Of a DNA stretch of 64,000 nt, positions 53,571 through 64,000 are shown in pieces (the first letter of the stretch is position 1; every line of letters begins with the position of its first letter). Under the pieces are notes generated by a model. That model was not told the DNA's origin and made no database searches. It saw only the letters and a list, made by a program, of their open reading frames with translations. The position numbers were made by a program, and so were the translations under genes. This DNA comes from an uncultured delta proteobacterium. Its GTDB lineage: Bacteria > Myxococcota > Myxococcia > Myxococcales > Myxococcaceae. The stretch lies in the NCBI GenBank assembly GCA_963776345.1, contig CAVZMH010000022.1, forward strand, positions 64,001 through 128,000, written 5' to 3'.

Positions 53571-53810
53571 TCAGCGGCCCGGCTTCGGCGCGGGGCGCTC
53601 CGCGTCGGGCGTGGACTCCATCTCGAACGCCAGCTCGAGCAGGTCCAGGAGCTGCGCACGCCCATCGACCGAGTCCGGCGCGAGCAGGACCAGCTCCACC
53701 GGCAGCCGGTCCTCGGCGGGCACTGGCTCGGGCTCGAGGGGCTTGCCGTCAGGGCCAAGGTCCTCGACCAGGAGGTCTCCGTCTCGGTGCACGGTGTATC
53801 GGCGGTACAT
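53571..53810 (-). CDS. Small hypothetical protein
   Basis: MYRRYTVHRDGDLLVEDLG..; plausible codon usage; fits between neighbours. Confidence 0.4.
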   Translation of the reverse strand: MYRRYTVHRDGDLLVEDLGPDGKPLEPEPVPAEDRLPVELVLLAPDSVDGRAQLLDLLELAFEMESTPDAERPAPKPGR

Positions 53811-53889
53811 GTGTCGCTCCCACATATCTCCACCGGACGGAAACTTGAACCTACACCGTGGCGTGCGGAATCCTTTCGCTCACCCCACG

Positions 53890-54396
53890 ATGGAACTTCC
53901 GTCCAGCGCCCCGCTCACCGACTGGGTCCGCCGCCTGGTGGACGACGAGACGGGCCTGCAGTCCGCGCTGGAGACGCCGCTGCTCGTCTGGGAGGGCGAC
54001 CTGTCCGAGGCGCGCTGGGTCGCGAGGCCGCCCGAGCACGCGCCCTCGCCGGAGAACCCGGTGGTGTTCGTGGTGAAGAAGGTGCAGGGCCGGGCGAACC
54101 CCTTCGGCTCCGGGGTCACCGTGGGCCGCGCCGAGCACAACGACCTGATCTTCCCCCACGCCAGCGTCTCGCGGTTCCACGCCTACTTCACGCCGGACCC
54201 GGCGCAGATCTCCCGCTGGAACGTGGTGGACGCCGCGAGCCGGAACGGGACGCTGGTCGACGGCGTGCCGCTGCAGCCCAACGCCGCCGTGCTGCTCGGG
54301 GGCGCCACCCGCCTCAACGTGGGGGAGATGGCGCTGACGTTCCTGTCGCCGGCGGCGTTCCTCCGCTGGCTGACGAAGGTGGTGGACGCGGTGTGA
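53890..54396 (+). CDS. Stand-alone FHA domain protein
   Basis: VGRAEHNDL..SVSRFHA..SRNGT. Confidence 0.85.
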   Translation: MELPSSAPLTDWVRRLVDDETGLQSALETPLLVWEGDLSEARWVARPPEHAPSPENPVVFVVKKVQGRANPFGSGVTVGRAEHNDLIFPHASVSRFHAYFTPDPAQISRWNVVDAASRNGTLVDGVPLQPNAAVLLGGATRLNVGEMALTFLSPAAFLRWLTKVVDAV

Positions 54397-55354
54397 GCGC
54401 GGCGGTCGTCCCCGGGCCGCCGTAGCGAAAGCCGTCGCCGCGCAGCCTCACCGGGTAGCGATCCAGCTCGGACGCGAACGGGAACACGAACGCGCCGCCG
54501 AGGCAGTTCCAGCTCCCCGGGAGGATCTGGCACAGGCCCTCCACCCGGGCCGCGTCGGAGTCCGTCCCGGGTCGCCCGTTCCCCATCTCGCCGGCCGCGC
54601 GCGCGCCAGGCGAGAAGACCTCCCCGTACCAGTGCGCGCTCGCCGCGGCATCGAGTCGCCCGGCCCAGTCCGCCGACTCGAAGAAGCCGAGCCAGTCCCC
54701 GTCGAACCACACCCACCATCGCCCGTCCGTGACGGCGACGCCCAGGGCGACCCCGGCGCCCTCCAGCACGTCCAGCGCGTCTCCCACCGCCCAGCGTGCG
54801 CTCCAGGGGACGAAGCCGCAGTCCGTCCAGCACGGGTCGCCCGCGCGCCAGCGATGCACGAAGAGGTGCGGCCGCGCGTCACCCTCGAGGGTGGGGGACA
54901 CCCGCCAGCCGACCTCGACGCCGTCCCGAGACGTCCCTTCGCCCGTCACGGCGAGCTCGGCCAGCGAGTGACCACCCGGCACGGGCCGCGGAGCGTGGAC
55001 AGTGAAGCGCCCGCCGACGCCGAGGAGCGGTCGGCTCGTCCCGGCACCGCTCCACGCCCAGCACCCGTCGGCACCGCAGGGCGAGGCGATCGCCGGACCC
55101 GGCGGCTCGGGGTGAAACACCGGCGCAAGCGCCTCGCCCTCCGGACACCGCGCCGGCGCCGACGCGCCACTCCGGAGCTCGAGCCCGGCCGGCGGAGACG
55201 GAGGGGTGAGCTTCGGCCGCTCGACGCATCGCCTCGGATCGCTCGGTGGCGGCGCCGTCGGCCCCCGCCCACGGGCAGACACCGCGGCGCAGCCAGCGAG
55301 GAGCAGCGCGGCGAAGATCGCTCCGGCGGTGGCCCGGACCGGGCTACCCCCCAT
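54314..55354 (-). CDS. Neprosin-like (DUF239) glutamic peptidase, lipoprotein
   Basis: LLAGC; HSLAELAV, VEVGW, PHLFV, GFV, WWVWFDG.WLGFF, WYGEV, MGNG, YGGPG. Confidence 0.8.
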   Translation of the reverse strand: MGGSPVRATAGAIFAALLLAGCAAVSARGRGPTAPPPSDPRRCVERPKLTPPSPPAGLELRSGASAPARCPEGEALAPVFHPEPPGPAIASPCGADGCWAWSGAGTSRPLLGVGGRFTVHAPRPVPGGHSLAELAVTGEGTSRDGVEVGWRVSPTLEGDARPHLFVHRWRAGDPCWTDCGFVPWSARWAVGDALDVLEGAGVALGVAVTDGRWWVWFDGDWLGFFESADWAGRLDAAASAHWYGEVFSPGARAAGEMGNGRPGTDSDAARVEGLCQILPGSWNCLGGAFVFPFASELDRYPVRLRGDGFRYGGPGTTAALTPRPPPSSASGGTPPATGTSAPSPPR

Positions 55355-55949
55355 TCAGCGCCGTGACGCCGGAGCTCGCTGCGCCCACGGCGTCGCCCGC
55401 GATCTGCGGGTCCTCCGGATCCACCTGGGCGTCCTGGAAGCTGTAGACCAGGGCCGAGCCATCCGAGGGCGGGGGCGGCCTCGGCGGGGTGAGCGGCGTG
55501 AGCGTGATCTTCTTGACCCGGTCGTCTCCTCCACCGCCCGGCTCCACCTGGGTTCCCTTCCCCTGGGGGCAGCAGACGCCCTGCCCCGGGCCGTGGCGAC
55601 CGTATGCCCGACAGAGGGACTCGAAGAACGGCGGGAAGTCGCTGTGCTCCTTCGAGTGAAGGAGCGGACCCACGACGGCAAGGAGCCGCGTTCCGCCTTC
55701 GCCGACGTGGACGACGTACGCGTAGGCCGCGTCTTTGGCGTGCCCGTACACCACCCGCGTGTAGAGGAACCCCGGACCGGGATCCGCGGGAAGCGCGGAA
55801 AGCTTGCTGGGCGGGATCGCCTTGGGCACCGTCCCCTTGTAGGGCGGGTACACCACCGGCCCGCGACACGTCGGGCACCGGGCGACCTCCGTGGTCGCGC
55901 AGCCCGAGAGGACGACCATCACCACCGCCAGGAGTCCGACCGGCTTCAT
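55344..55949 (-). CDS. Cys/Pro-rich lipoprotein, hypothetical
   Basis: SD + MKPVGLLAVVMVVLSGC. Confidence 0.65.
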   Translation of the reverse strand: MKPVGLLAVVMVVLSGCATTEVARCPTCRGPVVYPPYKGTVPKAIPPSKLSALPADPGPGFLYTRVVYGHAKDAAYAYVVHVGEGGTRLLAVVGPLLHSKEHSDFPPFFESLCRAYGRHGPGQGVCCPQGKGTQVEPGGGGDDRVKKITLTPLTPPRPPPPSDGSALVYSFQDAQVDPEDPQIAGDAVGAASSGVTALNGG

Positions 55950-55966
55950 GCAGCCCCCCTTCGCGT

Positions 55967-58894
55967 TCAGTCGAACGCTACCACCTCGCGGACCCAGGGC
56001 CTGCCGTTCTTGATCCACGCCAGCCGCTCGTCGCGGAGCGCCACCCGCGGGCTCGAACCTGCCTCCACCCGGTGACGAACGCCCTCGAAGAACTGGCTCG
56101 CCTCGGCGTCGGGGAGCTCCGCTCTCGAGGCGATGACCGCGCGCGCTCCGGCCTCCACCATCGCGCGGGGCAGGCTCCACGGCTCGTCTCGCATGTCGCT
56201 GCCCGCCCCGGCGTGACATGCGCCGAGGATGACCAGAGGCCGACCCTGCAGACGCGTGGAGCGCAGCGTGGCGGCCGAGAGCGCGTAGGCCCGGTCCCGG
56301 TCCTCGGACAGCATCAGCATGGCTCCGTCCGGGACCTGGGCGTCGATCTGCCCGTGCACCGCGAACTCCACGAACCCCGCGCCGCGCATCGCCTCGAGCA
56401 CCCGGGCCGGCGTGGCCTCCGGCGCCATCGAGCACGGTCCACCCCTGGCCATCGGGCAGTCCCGCAGCCGCAGCGGAGGGAGCCCGAGCTCCGGGGGCGG
56501 ACGTGGATCCCGGAACGAGCAGACGTCCGGACCCGGAGGCCATCGGGACCTCCCGCGAGGCCATCCGGAAGCTCCAGGCGAGCGACTCCGGGAGGAGATC
56601 CGCGCGCCCCGTGGAGGTCCGCGGTGGTGAGCACCGAGAGCTCCTGGCAGTTCGCCAGCAACCGGCGGACCTCGGGCGGAACCAGCGCGGAGATCTGGAC
56701 GTTCGTCCCGCGGGGCCCAGGCGGCCGCGCCCTCTCCGGCGGGACCCAGGGCGGCCCACCCGGTGCGCGTGAGATCGCGGGCCCACGCACCAGGGCGCAC
56801 CGTCCGGCGCGGTGACGCCGGCTGCCGGGGCGATCTCCGTCATGGCATCGGCGACTGCTCCCCTGCGGACGGCGGCGAAGAAGCGAGCGACGCCGGTGTC
56901 CGGCCTGGGCCCGGCGGACCTCGAGGTCATTCTGGTATCGCTCCGGCGCGCTCCGTCGGACGGAGCCCGCGTCGTCCCCGAGATCCACGCGGGCGCGCTC
57001 GAGGAGGAGCTCGCCTCGATGAGCCGCCTCCCGAGGACCGAGGCCGGATTCAGCGGCGGCGCGCTCCAGGCGGAGGAGACGTCGCGCACCCCTGCGGGTC
57101 GCCGCCGAGCTGCGCGAGGTCGAGCCGGAGCTCGAGCCGCCAGGAGTCCTCGGGAGGTCGCAGACGGCAGCGAGGCGAGGAGCGCCTCGGGCCGAGCGAC
57201 CGTCCCGTCGCCGGACGTAGCCCATGGCCAGATTCTCGTTCGGAACACCGTCACCCGGCACTGCCTGGGCTCGCGGGCCACATCTCCTCGAAGGTGGCGC
57301 GCGCGGCGGCGAGCCGGTCGGCGGCGAGCTTCACCCCCCCGAGCTGGAGCAGCGCGTTCCGTTCCTCTCCGAGCGCCCCGAGCCGGCGCATCCCTCGGCG
57401 CTCTGCTCGGCCTGCGCAGGCCGCCTCCTTGAACCGTCCGAGCAGCGTCTCGATCTCGATCGACTCCATGCTCCAGGTACCAGCAGGCGTACACCAGCGA
57501 CGTCGCTCCGCAGCGGGAGCGAACCGCCGCACGATACGCTCGGCCTCGAGCATCTGCCGCGTTCGCGCTGCTCGCGGGCCCAGGCGCAGCGGCGAAGTGG
57601 ATCTCGGAAACGGATCGCCGAGTCTCCTCACCAGCCTCGTCCGGGTCGCTCGCATCGTCGGGAGCGAAGCTGTCGAACGCTTCCAGGGGCTGTCGTGCTG
57701 CCCGGCCGCCATGGCCGGCGGACGAAGGCCTCGACGCTCGGCCCCGGACGGCACCTTCTGCTCGAGGAACCAGTACCGGAACCGGCCCGCGAGCTCGACC
57801 CTGGCCGAACGCTGGGTAGCGAGCGCCGCGCGGACCCGGGCGGCGCAGCACCATCCCGCCGTCGAGGGCGTCAAGCTCACGGGCGGTCGTCGGAGCCGCT
57901 CCATGTCCTGCCGCGTCGGCGCACCGGCCGAGGGCGTGGTAGAAGCGCACCTGCGCAGCGAGCCGGGAAGCGCTGGAGCACGTCCGGCGCGGGCGCTCTG
58001 CGCCTCAACCAGCCGCCTCCGGCCTCGAGCAAAGGCCGCCTCGCGCTCTTTCTGGCCCCGACGCGACTCCTCCGTGGCGCGCTGGTCAGTGCCGGCCTCG
58101 GTGCTCCAGCCGCCCGCCGTCCGCGTCGCCACCGCGGCGAACGCCTGGACGGCGGCGTGCGGAAGGCTGAGCGTCCGGAGACAGACCCGCGGTTGAAGCG
58201 CGCCGGCAGAAAGCCCGGATAGCCGCGGAGCGACCGGTCGAGGTACTCGAGCGCCTCCTCGCAGCGGCTCTGCTCGAGGAGGATGAGACCGCGGTCGGAG
58301 AGCACGCCCGGACGGGCAGGTAGCTGGAGGAACCCCTCGGCGCGCTGGAAGTCACGCCGGAGGAGCGACAGCGTGGCCAGCTCGCGCCAGCTCTGGTTGG
58401 CCTCGAACTGGAGCTCGGCCCGTGCGAGCGCGTTCGTCGCGGACCGGCTCGTGCCGCGGGTGATGGCGTAGGCCGGTACTGCGCGGGGCCGGCGGCGCTC
58501 GGCCAGCCGGAGACCGTCCGCGCATCGAGCGCGGCGAGCAGCGCGGGCACATCCGGGCCGGCGGGCGGCCCCCGCGGAGCGCCAGCACCAGCGCCGCGGC
58601 CATCGCCACCGCACCCACCACCCCCACCCACGCCGCGCGACGGGGTCGGGCGCGCCGGTCCGCCGCGGCAATCCAGACCGGCGCGAGCTCGGGCTTCCGG
58701 ACCGGACCCTCTTCCCGGGCCTGCTCGGCGAGGGCCGACAGCTGCATGAGCCCGTGCATCTCCTGCTGGCAACGCGCGCACTGGACCAGGTGACGGCGGA
58801 ACGCCGCGGCCTCCACCGCGCCCAGCTCACCGTCGACGAAGGGCCCCAGCTGCTCGCACTGGATCGGCCCGCCGCTGTGGTCCTCGGGCGTCAT
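55967..58894 (-). pseudogene. zf-HC2 anti-sigma - TM - TPR - CHAT (caspase-like) protein, multiply frameshifted
   Basis: N-terminal FRRHLVQCARC, TM; TPR piece LSDRGLILLEQSRCEEAL..ARFNR; C-terminal FAVHG..LVILGAC..AGARAVIAS spread over several frames. Confidence 0.7.
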
Positions 58895-59400
58895 GTCTTC
58901 TCCTCCCGGCCGCCCAGGAGCAACACCCGGAGCTTCCGGCGCGCCCGGAGAAGGCGCGTTCCGACCGTGTTCTGAGGGATCTCGAGCGCCGCGGCGATGT
59001 CCCGGTACGACCGGTGCTCGAAGGCGTGCAGGGTGAAGACCTCGCGGAACTCGGGCTCGAGGCGCTCCACCGCAGCCCGGAGCTGCTCGACGCCGATCCG
59101 CGTCCAGAGCGGCGCGTCGGCGAGGGGCGTGTCCTGCGTCACCGCGGGCTCTTCCGGGGGATCCCCCAGCTGCTCCCGCTCGCGCCGGCGGAACAGGTCG
59201 ATCATCCGCCGGTGGAGGATGGTGACCAGCCAGGCCTGGAGGTTCTGCACCGCCTGCAGCCGGTCGCCGGCCTGGAGCGCGCTCTCCAGCGTGTCGTGGA
59301 CCACGTCGGCGGCGTCCGCCTCCGAGGCACACATCCGCCGCGCGAGGCCGAGCAGGACGGGCCGGAGCGCGACAACGGCCGCCCGCAGTGAAGGATCCAA
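58891..59400 (-). CDS. ECF sigma-70 factor
   Basis: ADAADVVHDT, WLVTILHR..IDLFRR, SYRDIAAALEIPQNTVGTRLLRAR; ATGA overlap with the anti-sigma gene; start uncertain. Confidence 0.88.
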   Translation of the reverse strand: MDPSLRAAVVALRPVLLGLARRMCASEADAADVVHDTLESALQAGDRLQAVQNLQAWLVTILHRRMIDLFRRREREQLGDPPEEPAVTQDTPLADAPLWTRIGVEQLRAAVERLEPEFREVFTLHAFEHRSYRDIAAALEIPQNTVGTRLLRARRKLRVLLLGGREEKT

Positions 59401-59559
59401 TGTCGTTGGACTGCGGAACTTCGACGGCGCCGGAATGCCGCGACGCTGCCACCGCGCCGGAACGACGGTCAAGCAGAGCGTGGGAGGTGCGGCGGCCGGT
59501 CTCATGTCCCCTACCGGAACAGTCGGCCGGGAACGCGGGATCTTCCCGTTTCCGGGGGC

Positions 59560-60249
59560 TCAGCCCCGCTCGAACCGGTACCCCAGGCCCCGGGCGGTGA
59601 GGATGTAACGGGGCGCCTCCGGGTCCGGCTCGAGCTTCTGCCGGAGCTGCCGGACGAAGGTGTCCACCGTCCGCGGGGTTCCCTCGTAGTCGATGCCCCA
59701 GGCGCCCGAGAGCAGCTCCTCCCGGGAGAACGTCCGTCCGGGATTCGAGACCAGGTGGGCGAGCAGCTTGAGCTCCTGCGCGGTCAGCTCGACCGGGGCC
59801 TCGCCCCGCGTCACCTGCTTGGTGGTGAGGTTCACCGCCACGTCCCCGAAGCGCACCACCTGCCCGTCCTCGCCCCAGCGGCGGCGGAGCACCGCCTTCA
59901 CCCGCGCCATCAGCTCGGCGACGCCGAAGGGCTTCACCACGTAGTCGTCGGCGCCGAGGTCGAGGCCGAGCACCTTGTCCCGCTCCATGCCCTTGGCGGA
60001 CAGGACCAGCACCGGCGTGCGCACCCCGCGCGACCGCAGCTGGCGCAGGAGCTCGTAGCCATTGAGCCGCGGCATCATCACGTCCAGCACGATGAGGTCC
60101 GGCGCCTCGCGCACCGCCATCTCCAGGCCCCGCGCCCCGTCCTGCGCCTGGAGCACTTCGTACCCCTCGTAGCGGAGGTTCATCGAGACGCCGGTGAGGA
60201 TGGACAGGTCGTCCTCCACCACCAGGACGCGCGGCTTCTCCTGGCTCAC
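59560..60249 (-). CDS. OmpR-family response regulator
   Basis: [45 protein letters not shown]. Confidence 0.93.
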   Translation of the reverse strand: MSQEKPRVLVVEDDLSILTGVSMNLRYEGYEVLQAQDGARGLEMAVREAPDLIVLDVMMPRLNGYELLRQLRSRGVRTPVLVLSAKGMERDKVLGLDLGADDYVVKPFGVAELMARVKAVLRRRWGEDGQVVRFGDVAVNLTTKQVTRGEAPVELTAQELKLLAHLVSNPGRTFSREELLSGAWGIDYEGTPRTVDTFVRQLRQKLEPDPEAPRYILTARGLGYRFERG

Positions 60250-61769
60250 GCCTGCGCCTCCTTCGCCGCCGGCAGGTGGATGGTGAAGGTGCTGCCCTTG
60301 CCCAGCTCGCTCCTCACCGTGAGCTTGCCGCCGTGGGCCTCGACGATGCGCCGGCTGATGGAGAGCCCCAGGCCCGAGCCCTCGGTCTGGCGGGTGAGGA
60401 GGTTGTCCACCCGGTAGAAGCGCTCGAAGACGCGCTTCCGGTCGCGCTTGGCGATGCCCACCCCGTGGTCCTCCACCTCGATGTCCACGCCCCCGTCGGT
60501 CGCCCCGGCCCGGAGCTCGATGTGCTTCTCGGCGCCCGAGTACTTGTAGGCGTTGTGGAGGAGGTTGAGGAGCGCGGCGGCCAGCGCCTCGCGGTCGCCC
60601 TCCACCACCGGGAGCGCCTCGGGAAGCTGGCAGCTGAGCTGCACCTCGCTGTCCAGCCGCTGGGCCCGGAAGGCGTCCAGCGAGGCGTCGAGGATCTGCC
60701 GGACCGTGAGCCGCTCCTTCCGGTAGCGCTGGCGGCCAGACTCGAGCCGCGCCCAGTCGAGCACCCGCTCGATCATCGTCGAGAGCCGCTCGGTCTCGCG
60801 CTGGAGCAGCTCCAGCACCTCCTGGGTCTGCGCGGGGTCCTTCACCCGGCCGAGGGCGAGCGTCTCGATGAACATCCGGATGGAGGTGAGCGGGGTGCGC
60901 AGCTCGTGGCTCACCAGGCTCACGAAGTCGGTCTTGAGCCGCGAGAGGCGCGCCTGGAGGTACAGCGCGCGCGCGGTGTAGACGACCCCGACCACCAGCG
61001 TGGCGTAGAAGGCGCCGAGCAGCCCGGCATACACCAGCCGGTTGCGCAGCGAGGCGAAGGCCACCGGGTCGCCCGCCTCGGGCATGGCGCGGAGCTGGAA
61101 CTCTTGCAGTGGCGCCGGGAGCGGCCGCTCGGCGAGCGGCGTGACCTCCAGCGCGTTCTTCGCCCCGGGCACCCCTCCGATGAACTTGCCGACCAGTCCC
61201 GGACGCGCCGGTTGCACCGCGGTGAGCTCGAAGCGGACCTGCTCCGCCTTGCCCTTGAGGTCCTGCGCGCTCTGGGCGAGGAGCTGCTCCAGCGCGCGCT
61301 GCGACAGCGCGGCGCCGACCACCCCGCTCGAGGTCCGGAGCGCCACGATGAGCAGCGGTCCGCCGGGCCCCGGGAGGCTGAGGAAGGTCGGCCGCTCGGG
61401 GAGGAAGGCGAGCTGGCTCCGGAGCGGGGTGAGCGCGGCCACCAGGTCGGTGTCCGGGGACTCGAGCACGTCGCGCGACAGCCGGAACCCCTCGCCCGAG
61501 AGGACGAGGCCCGAGGGGGCGGTGACCAGGACGCCCCCATCGACCCGGGCCACCGTGCTCGCCTCGAGCGCCTGGCGGAGCCGGGTGCTCAGGATGTCGA
61601 GCCGGTCCTGCCACACCGAGGCGAGCCGCTTCTCCACCGCGGCGCGCTCGTTGAGGATCGCCACCACGCCCAGGCCGGTGAGGCCCGCGGAGGGAACCGC
61701 CACCAGCACCATCAGGAGGGCGAACGTGCGCCGGAAGCTCAGCAGCTCGATGGGCACCGACCGCGGCAT
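60246..61769 (-). CDS. Membrane sensor histidine kinase
   Basis: Two TMs; [35 protein letters not shown]. Confidence 0.93.
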   Translation of the reverse strand: MPRSVPIELLSFRRTFALLMVLVAVPSAGLTGLGVVAILNERAAVEKRLASVWQDRLDILSTRLRQALEASTVARVDGGVLVTAPSGLVLSGEGFRLSRDVLESPDTDLVAALTPLRSQLAFLPERPTFLSLPGPGGPLLIVALRTSSGVVGAALSQRALEQLLAQSAQDLKGKAEQVRFELTAVQPARPGLVGKFIGGVPGAKNALEVTPLAERPLPAPLQEFQLRAMPEAGDPVAFASLRNRLVYAGLLGAFYATLVVGVVYTARALYLQARLSRLKTDFVSLVSHELRTPLTSIRMFIETLALGRVKDPAQTQEVLELLQRETERLSTMIERVLDWARLESGRQRYRKERLTVRQILDASLDAFRAQRLDSEVQLSCQLPEALPVVEGDREALAAALLNLLHNAYKYSGAEKHIELRAGATDGGVDIEVEDHGVGIAKRDRKRVFERFYRVDNLLTRQTEGSGLGLSISRRIVEAHGGKLTVRSELGKGSTFTIHLPAAKEAQA

Positions 61770-61864
61770 GACGATGCGAGAGCCTACTCGGCCCCGGGTC
61801 GCGCCTGCCCTCCCCGCATGGTGATGGCGTAGAGTGCGAGGCCCCTTCGGAGGGAGGCCTCGCC

Positions 61865-62864
61865 ATGCGTGCAGCGGTCATCGGCCTCGGAGCGTTCGGG
61901 ACGGCGCTGGCCAACACCCTCGCCAGCCGGTGCGACGAAGTCCGGGCCTGGGCGCGAGAGCAGGCGGTGGTGGATGCCATCAACGGTCGCGCGGGAGAAC
62001 CGGACCTATCTCCCGGGCATCCCCGTGTCGCCGAGGGTGCGGGCCACTGTCTCGCTCGAGGAGGCGCTCGCCGGCGCCGAGCTGGTGGTGTTCGCCACCC
62101 CGTCCCACGTCATGCGGGACGTGGTCCGCAAGGCGCTCCCGCATCTGCCCGAGCACGTGCCGCTGCTCACGGTGGCCAAGGGCATCGAGAACGAGACGCT
62201 GATGACCATGACCCAGCTGCTCGAGGACTGCCTCCCGGAGAAGTACCACCCGTCCATCGCCATCCTCTCCGGCCCCTCCTTCGCCAAGGAGATGGCCGCG
62301 GGGATGCCGACGGTGGTCACCGTCGCCTCGCACTTCGAGAAGGTGGCCCAGAAGGTCCAGGCCGCGCTGCAGACCGAGTCGTTCCGGACGTACACCTCCA
62401 TCGACGTCATCGGGGTGGAGATGGGCGGGGCGCTCAAGAACGTCATCGCCATCGCCGCGGGCATGTCGGACGGGCTGGGCTTCGGCCTCAACGCCCGGAG
62501 CGCGCTCATCACCCGGGGGCTCGCGGAGATCAGCCGCATCGCGGTGCGCATGGGCGCCAATCCGCTGACGCTGATGGGGCTGTCCGGCCTCGGTGACCTG
62601 GTGCTCACCTGCACCGGCGACCTGTCGCGGAACCGGCGGGTGGGCATCGAGCTGGGGAAGGGGCGGGCGCTGGACCAGGTGCTCGCGGAGATGACGCAGG
62701 TGGCCGAGGGGGTGAAGACCGCCCGGAGCGCGCGCGACCTTTCCCGGAAGGTCGGCGTGGAGCTCCCCATCTGCGACCAGGTCCATGCCATCATGTACGA
62801 GGGAAAGAGCCCGCGTCGCGCAGTGGTGGAGCTGATGACGCGGGCTCCGAAACGAGAGGACTGA
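61865..62864 (+). CDS. gpsA: NAD(P)H-dependent glycerol-3-phosphate dehydrogenase, frameshifted near 61990
   Basis: [57 protein letters not shown]. Confidence 0.93.
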
Positions 62865-62893
62865 CCGGGGTCCTCCAGAGGAGGGGAGCACAA

Positions 62894-63508
62894 ATGAAGC
62901 GCTGGATGGCGCTGTGCCTGCTCGCGTGTGCGTGCGGGAGTAGCAGCAGCAACCCCACGCCCGATGCCGGGCCCACCCCCGGGAGCGGGACGATCACCGG
63001 AACCGTGAATGGACACGCGCTGACGGTGAAGGATGCGGTCTTCGGCATCTCTCCGGGCACCAACACCGTGAACGTGGTGATGGGCGACCGGACGGATCTC
63101 TGTGCGCTGCTCACCGGGACGACGATTCCCGGGACCACCACGGTGTTCGGCTTCGGCTTGCTCAACCTTTCCACCCCGACGACGCCGGCGGCCGTGGTGG
63201 CGGGGGACTACTCGTATTTCTCCCTGTTCCATCTGACCAACGTCCCCGGCGCGGGGAAGTGGTGGGACGGCGCGTTCGCGGTGGCGACCAGCTGCAGCCC
63301 GACCGGAACCTTCGCCACCGGGGGGACGATGACCGTCACCCAGGTGGGGAGCACCACGACGCACGTCAAGGTGACGCTGACCAACATCACCTTCGGCACC
63401 GACACGTTGAACGGGAGCGTCGAGGCGGTCTACTGCGACATCCTGAAGACGCAGTCGCCGCCCTGCGGCGGCATCTCCCTGCTCGCCCGTCCACCGTCGC
63501 CCGAGTAG
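62894..63508 (+). CDS. Thr/Gly-rich lipoprotein, hypothetical
   Basis: MKRWMALCLLACAC lipobox. Confidence 0.7.
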   Translation: MKRWMALCLLACACGSSSSNPTPDAGPTPGSGTITGTVNGHALTVKDAVFGISPGTNTVNVVMGDRTDLCALLTGTTIPGTTTVFGFGLLNLSTPTTPAAVVAGDYSYFSLFHLTNVPGAGKWWDGAFAVATSCSPTGTFATGGTMTVTQVGSTTTHVKVTLTNITFGTDTLNGSVEAVYCDILKTQSPPCGGISLLARPPSPE

Positions 63509-63548
63509 CCGCCTGGCCGCGCCCGGCCTCCCGGGCGCCGGACGTGGT

Positions 63549-64000
63549 ATGAGCCAGCCCATGGCTGGGCCGGCTCTTGCCTGGGACGTCGTCGACTACC
63601 CGGAGCCGCACCTCGCGCGGACGAAGGCGCTCCTCGCCGCGCACCCCGAGGCGCGCGCGCTGCTCGGGCGTGACCGGAGCACCGCGTTCTGGGTGGTGGC
63701 CATCGTCGGGCTGCAGATTGCGGTCGCCTGGGCTCTCCGGGCGCAGCCGTGGTGGGTGCTGGTGCCCGCCGCGTACCTCCTGGGCGCGCTGGCGGACCAC
63801 GCGCTCTGGACGCTGATCCACGACTGCACCCACAACCTGGTGTTCCGGAAGACGCGTTGGAACGCCTGGCTGCAGATCCTCGCCAACCTCCCCATCGTCT
63901 TCCCGGCCGCGATCTCCTTCAGGAAGTTCCACATCTTCCACCACCGCTTCCAGGGCGATCCGGAGCTGGATGCGGACCTCGCCTCGCCGCTCGAGGCGCG
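63549..64000 (+). CDS. Sphingolipid delta-4 desaturase (DES1/DEGS-like) fatty-acid desaturase, partial
   Basis: Own translation: EPHLARTKALLAAHPEARALLG, HDCTHNL, ANLPIVFPAAISFRKFHIFHHRFQG..LDAD. Confidence 0.82.
   Translation, partial: MSQPMAGPALAWDVVDYPEPHLARTKALLAAHPEARALLGRDRSTAFWVVAIVGLQIAVAWALRAQPWWVLVPAAYLLGALADHALWTLIHDCTHNLVFRKTRWNAWLQILANLPIVFPAAISFRKFHIFHHRFQGDPELDADLASPLEA

Noticed and set aside
55967..56800. CHAT protease as part of a CRISPR-linked or anti-phage system
   Set aside because: No cas, gasdermin or similar effector gene in the window; the context is ECF/anti-sigma and probably extracytoplasmic
59560..61983. 807-aa ORF suggesting a large fused regulator
   Set aside because: Only 59560-60249 is the response regulator; the rest is an alternative frame of the kinase gene

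Overview
High-GC myxobacterial (Myxococcota-like) chromosomal window with many single-base frameshifts in otherwise intact genes, which suggests an indel-prone long-read assembly. Left part: pyc (partial), a pta-ackA pair, Ser/Thr kinases, an RluA-family synthase, a hybrid kinase, a ~2.2 kb segment bracketed by two inverted 65-bp palindromic repeats, an RnfD-like/DUF2330 fusion ORF, a candidate three-hairpin sRNA, aat, DUF6600 and GtrA genes. The centre (~21-52.6 kb, mostly minus strand) is one large envelope locus. It has an FHA sigma54 activator coupled to an MtsA-like beta-propeller/di-heme protein, and mts-like VWA/thrombospondin-3 adhesins, including a near-identical duplicated MtsC where each copy has its own sigma54-type promoter. 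It also has several lipoproteins, an inserted Tat-exported GMC oxidoreductase pair, and a Glt/Nfs-paralogous set (GltF-, GltG-, GltA-, GltC-, GltD-like plus a TPR protein). Right part: an ECF sigma / zinc-finger anti-sigma-TPR-CHAT (badly disrupted) / lipoprotein / neprosin-like peptidase operon, an OmpR-type two-component system, gpsA, and a eukaryote-like sphingolipid delta-4 desaturase (partial). No rRNA, tRNA, CRISPR array or transposase was seen. All family calls come from motif recognition by eye, not from database searches.
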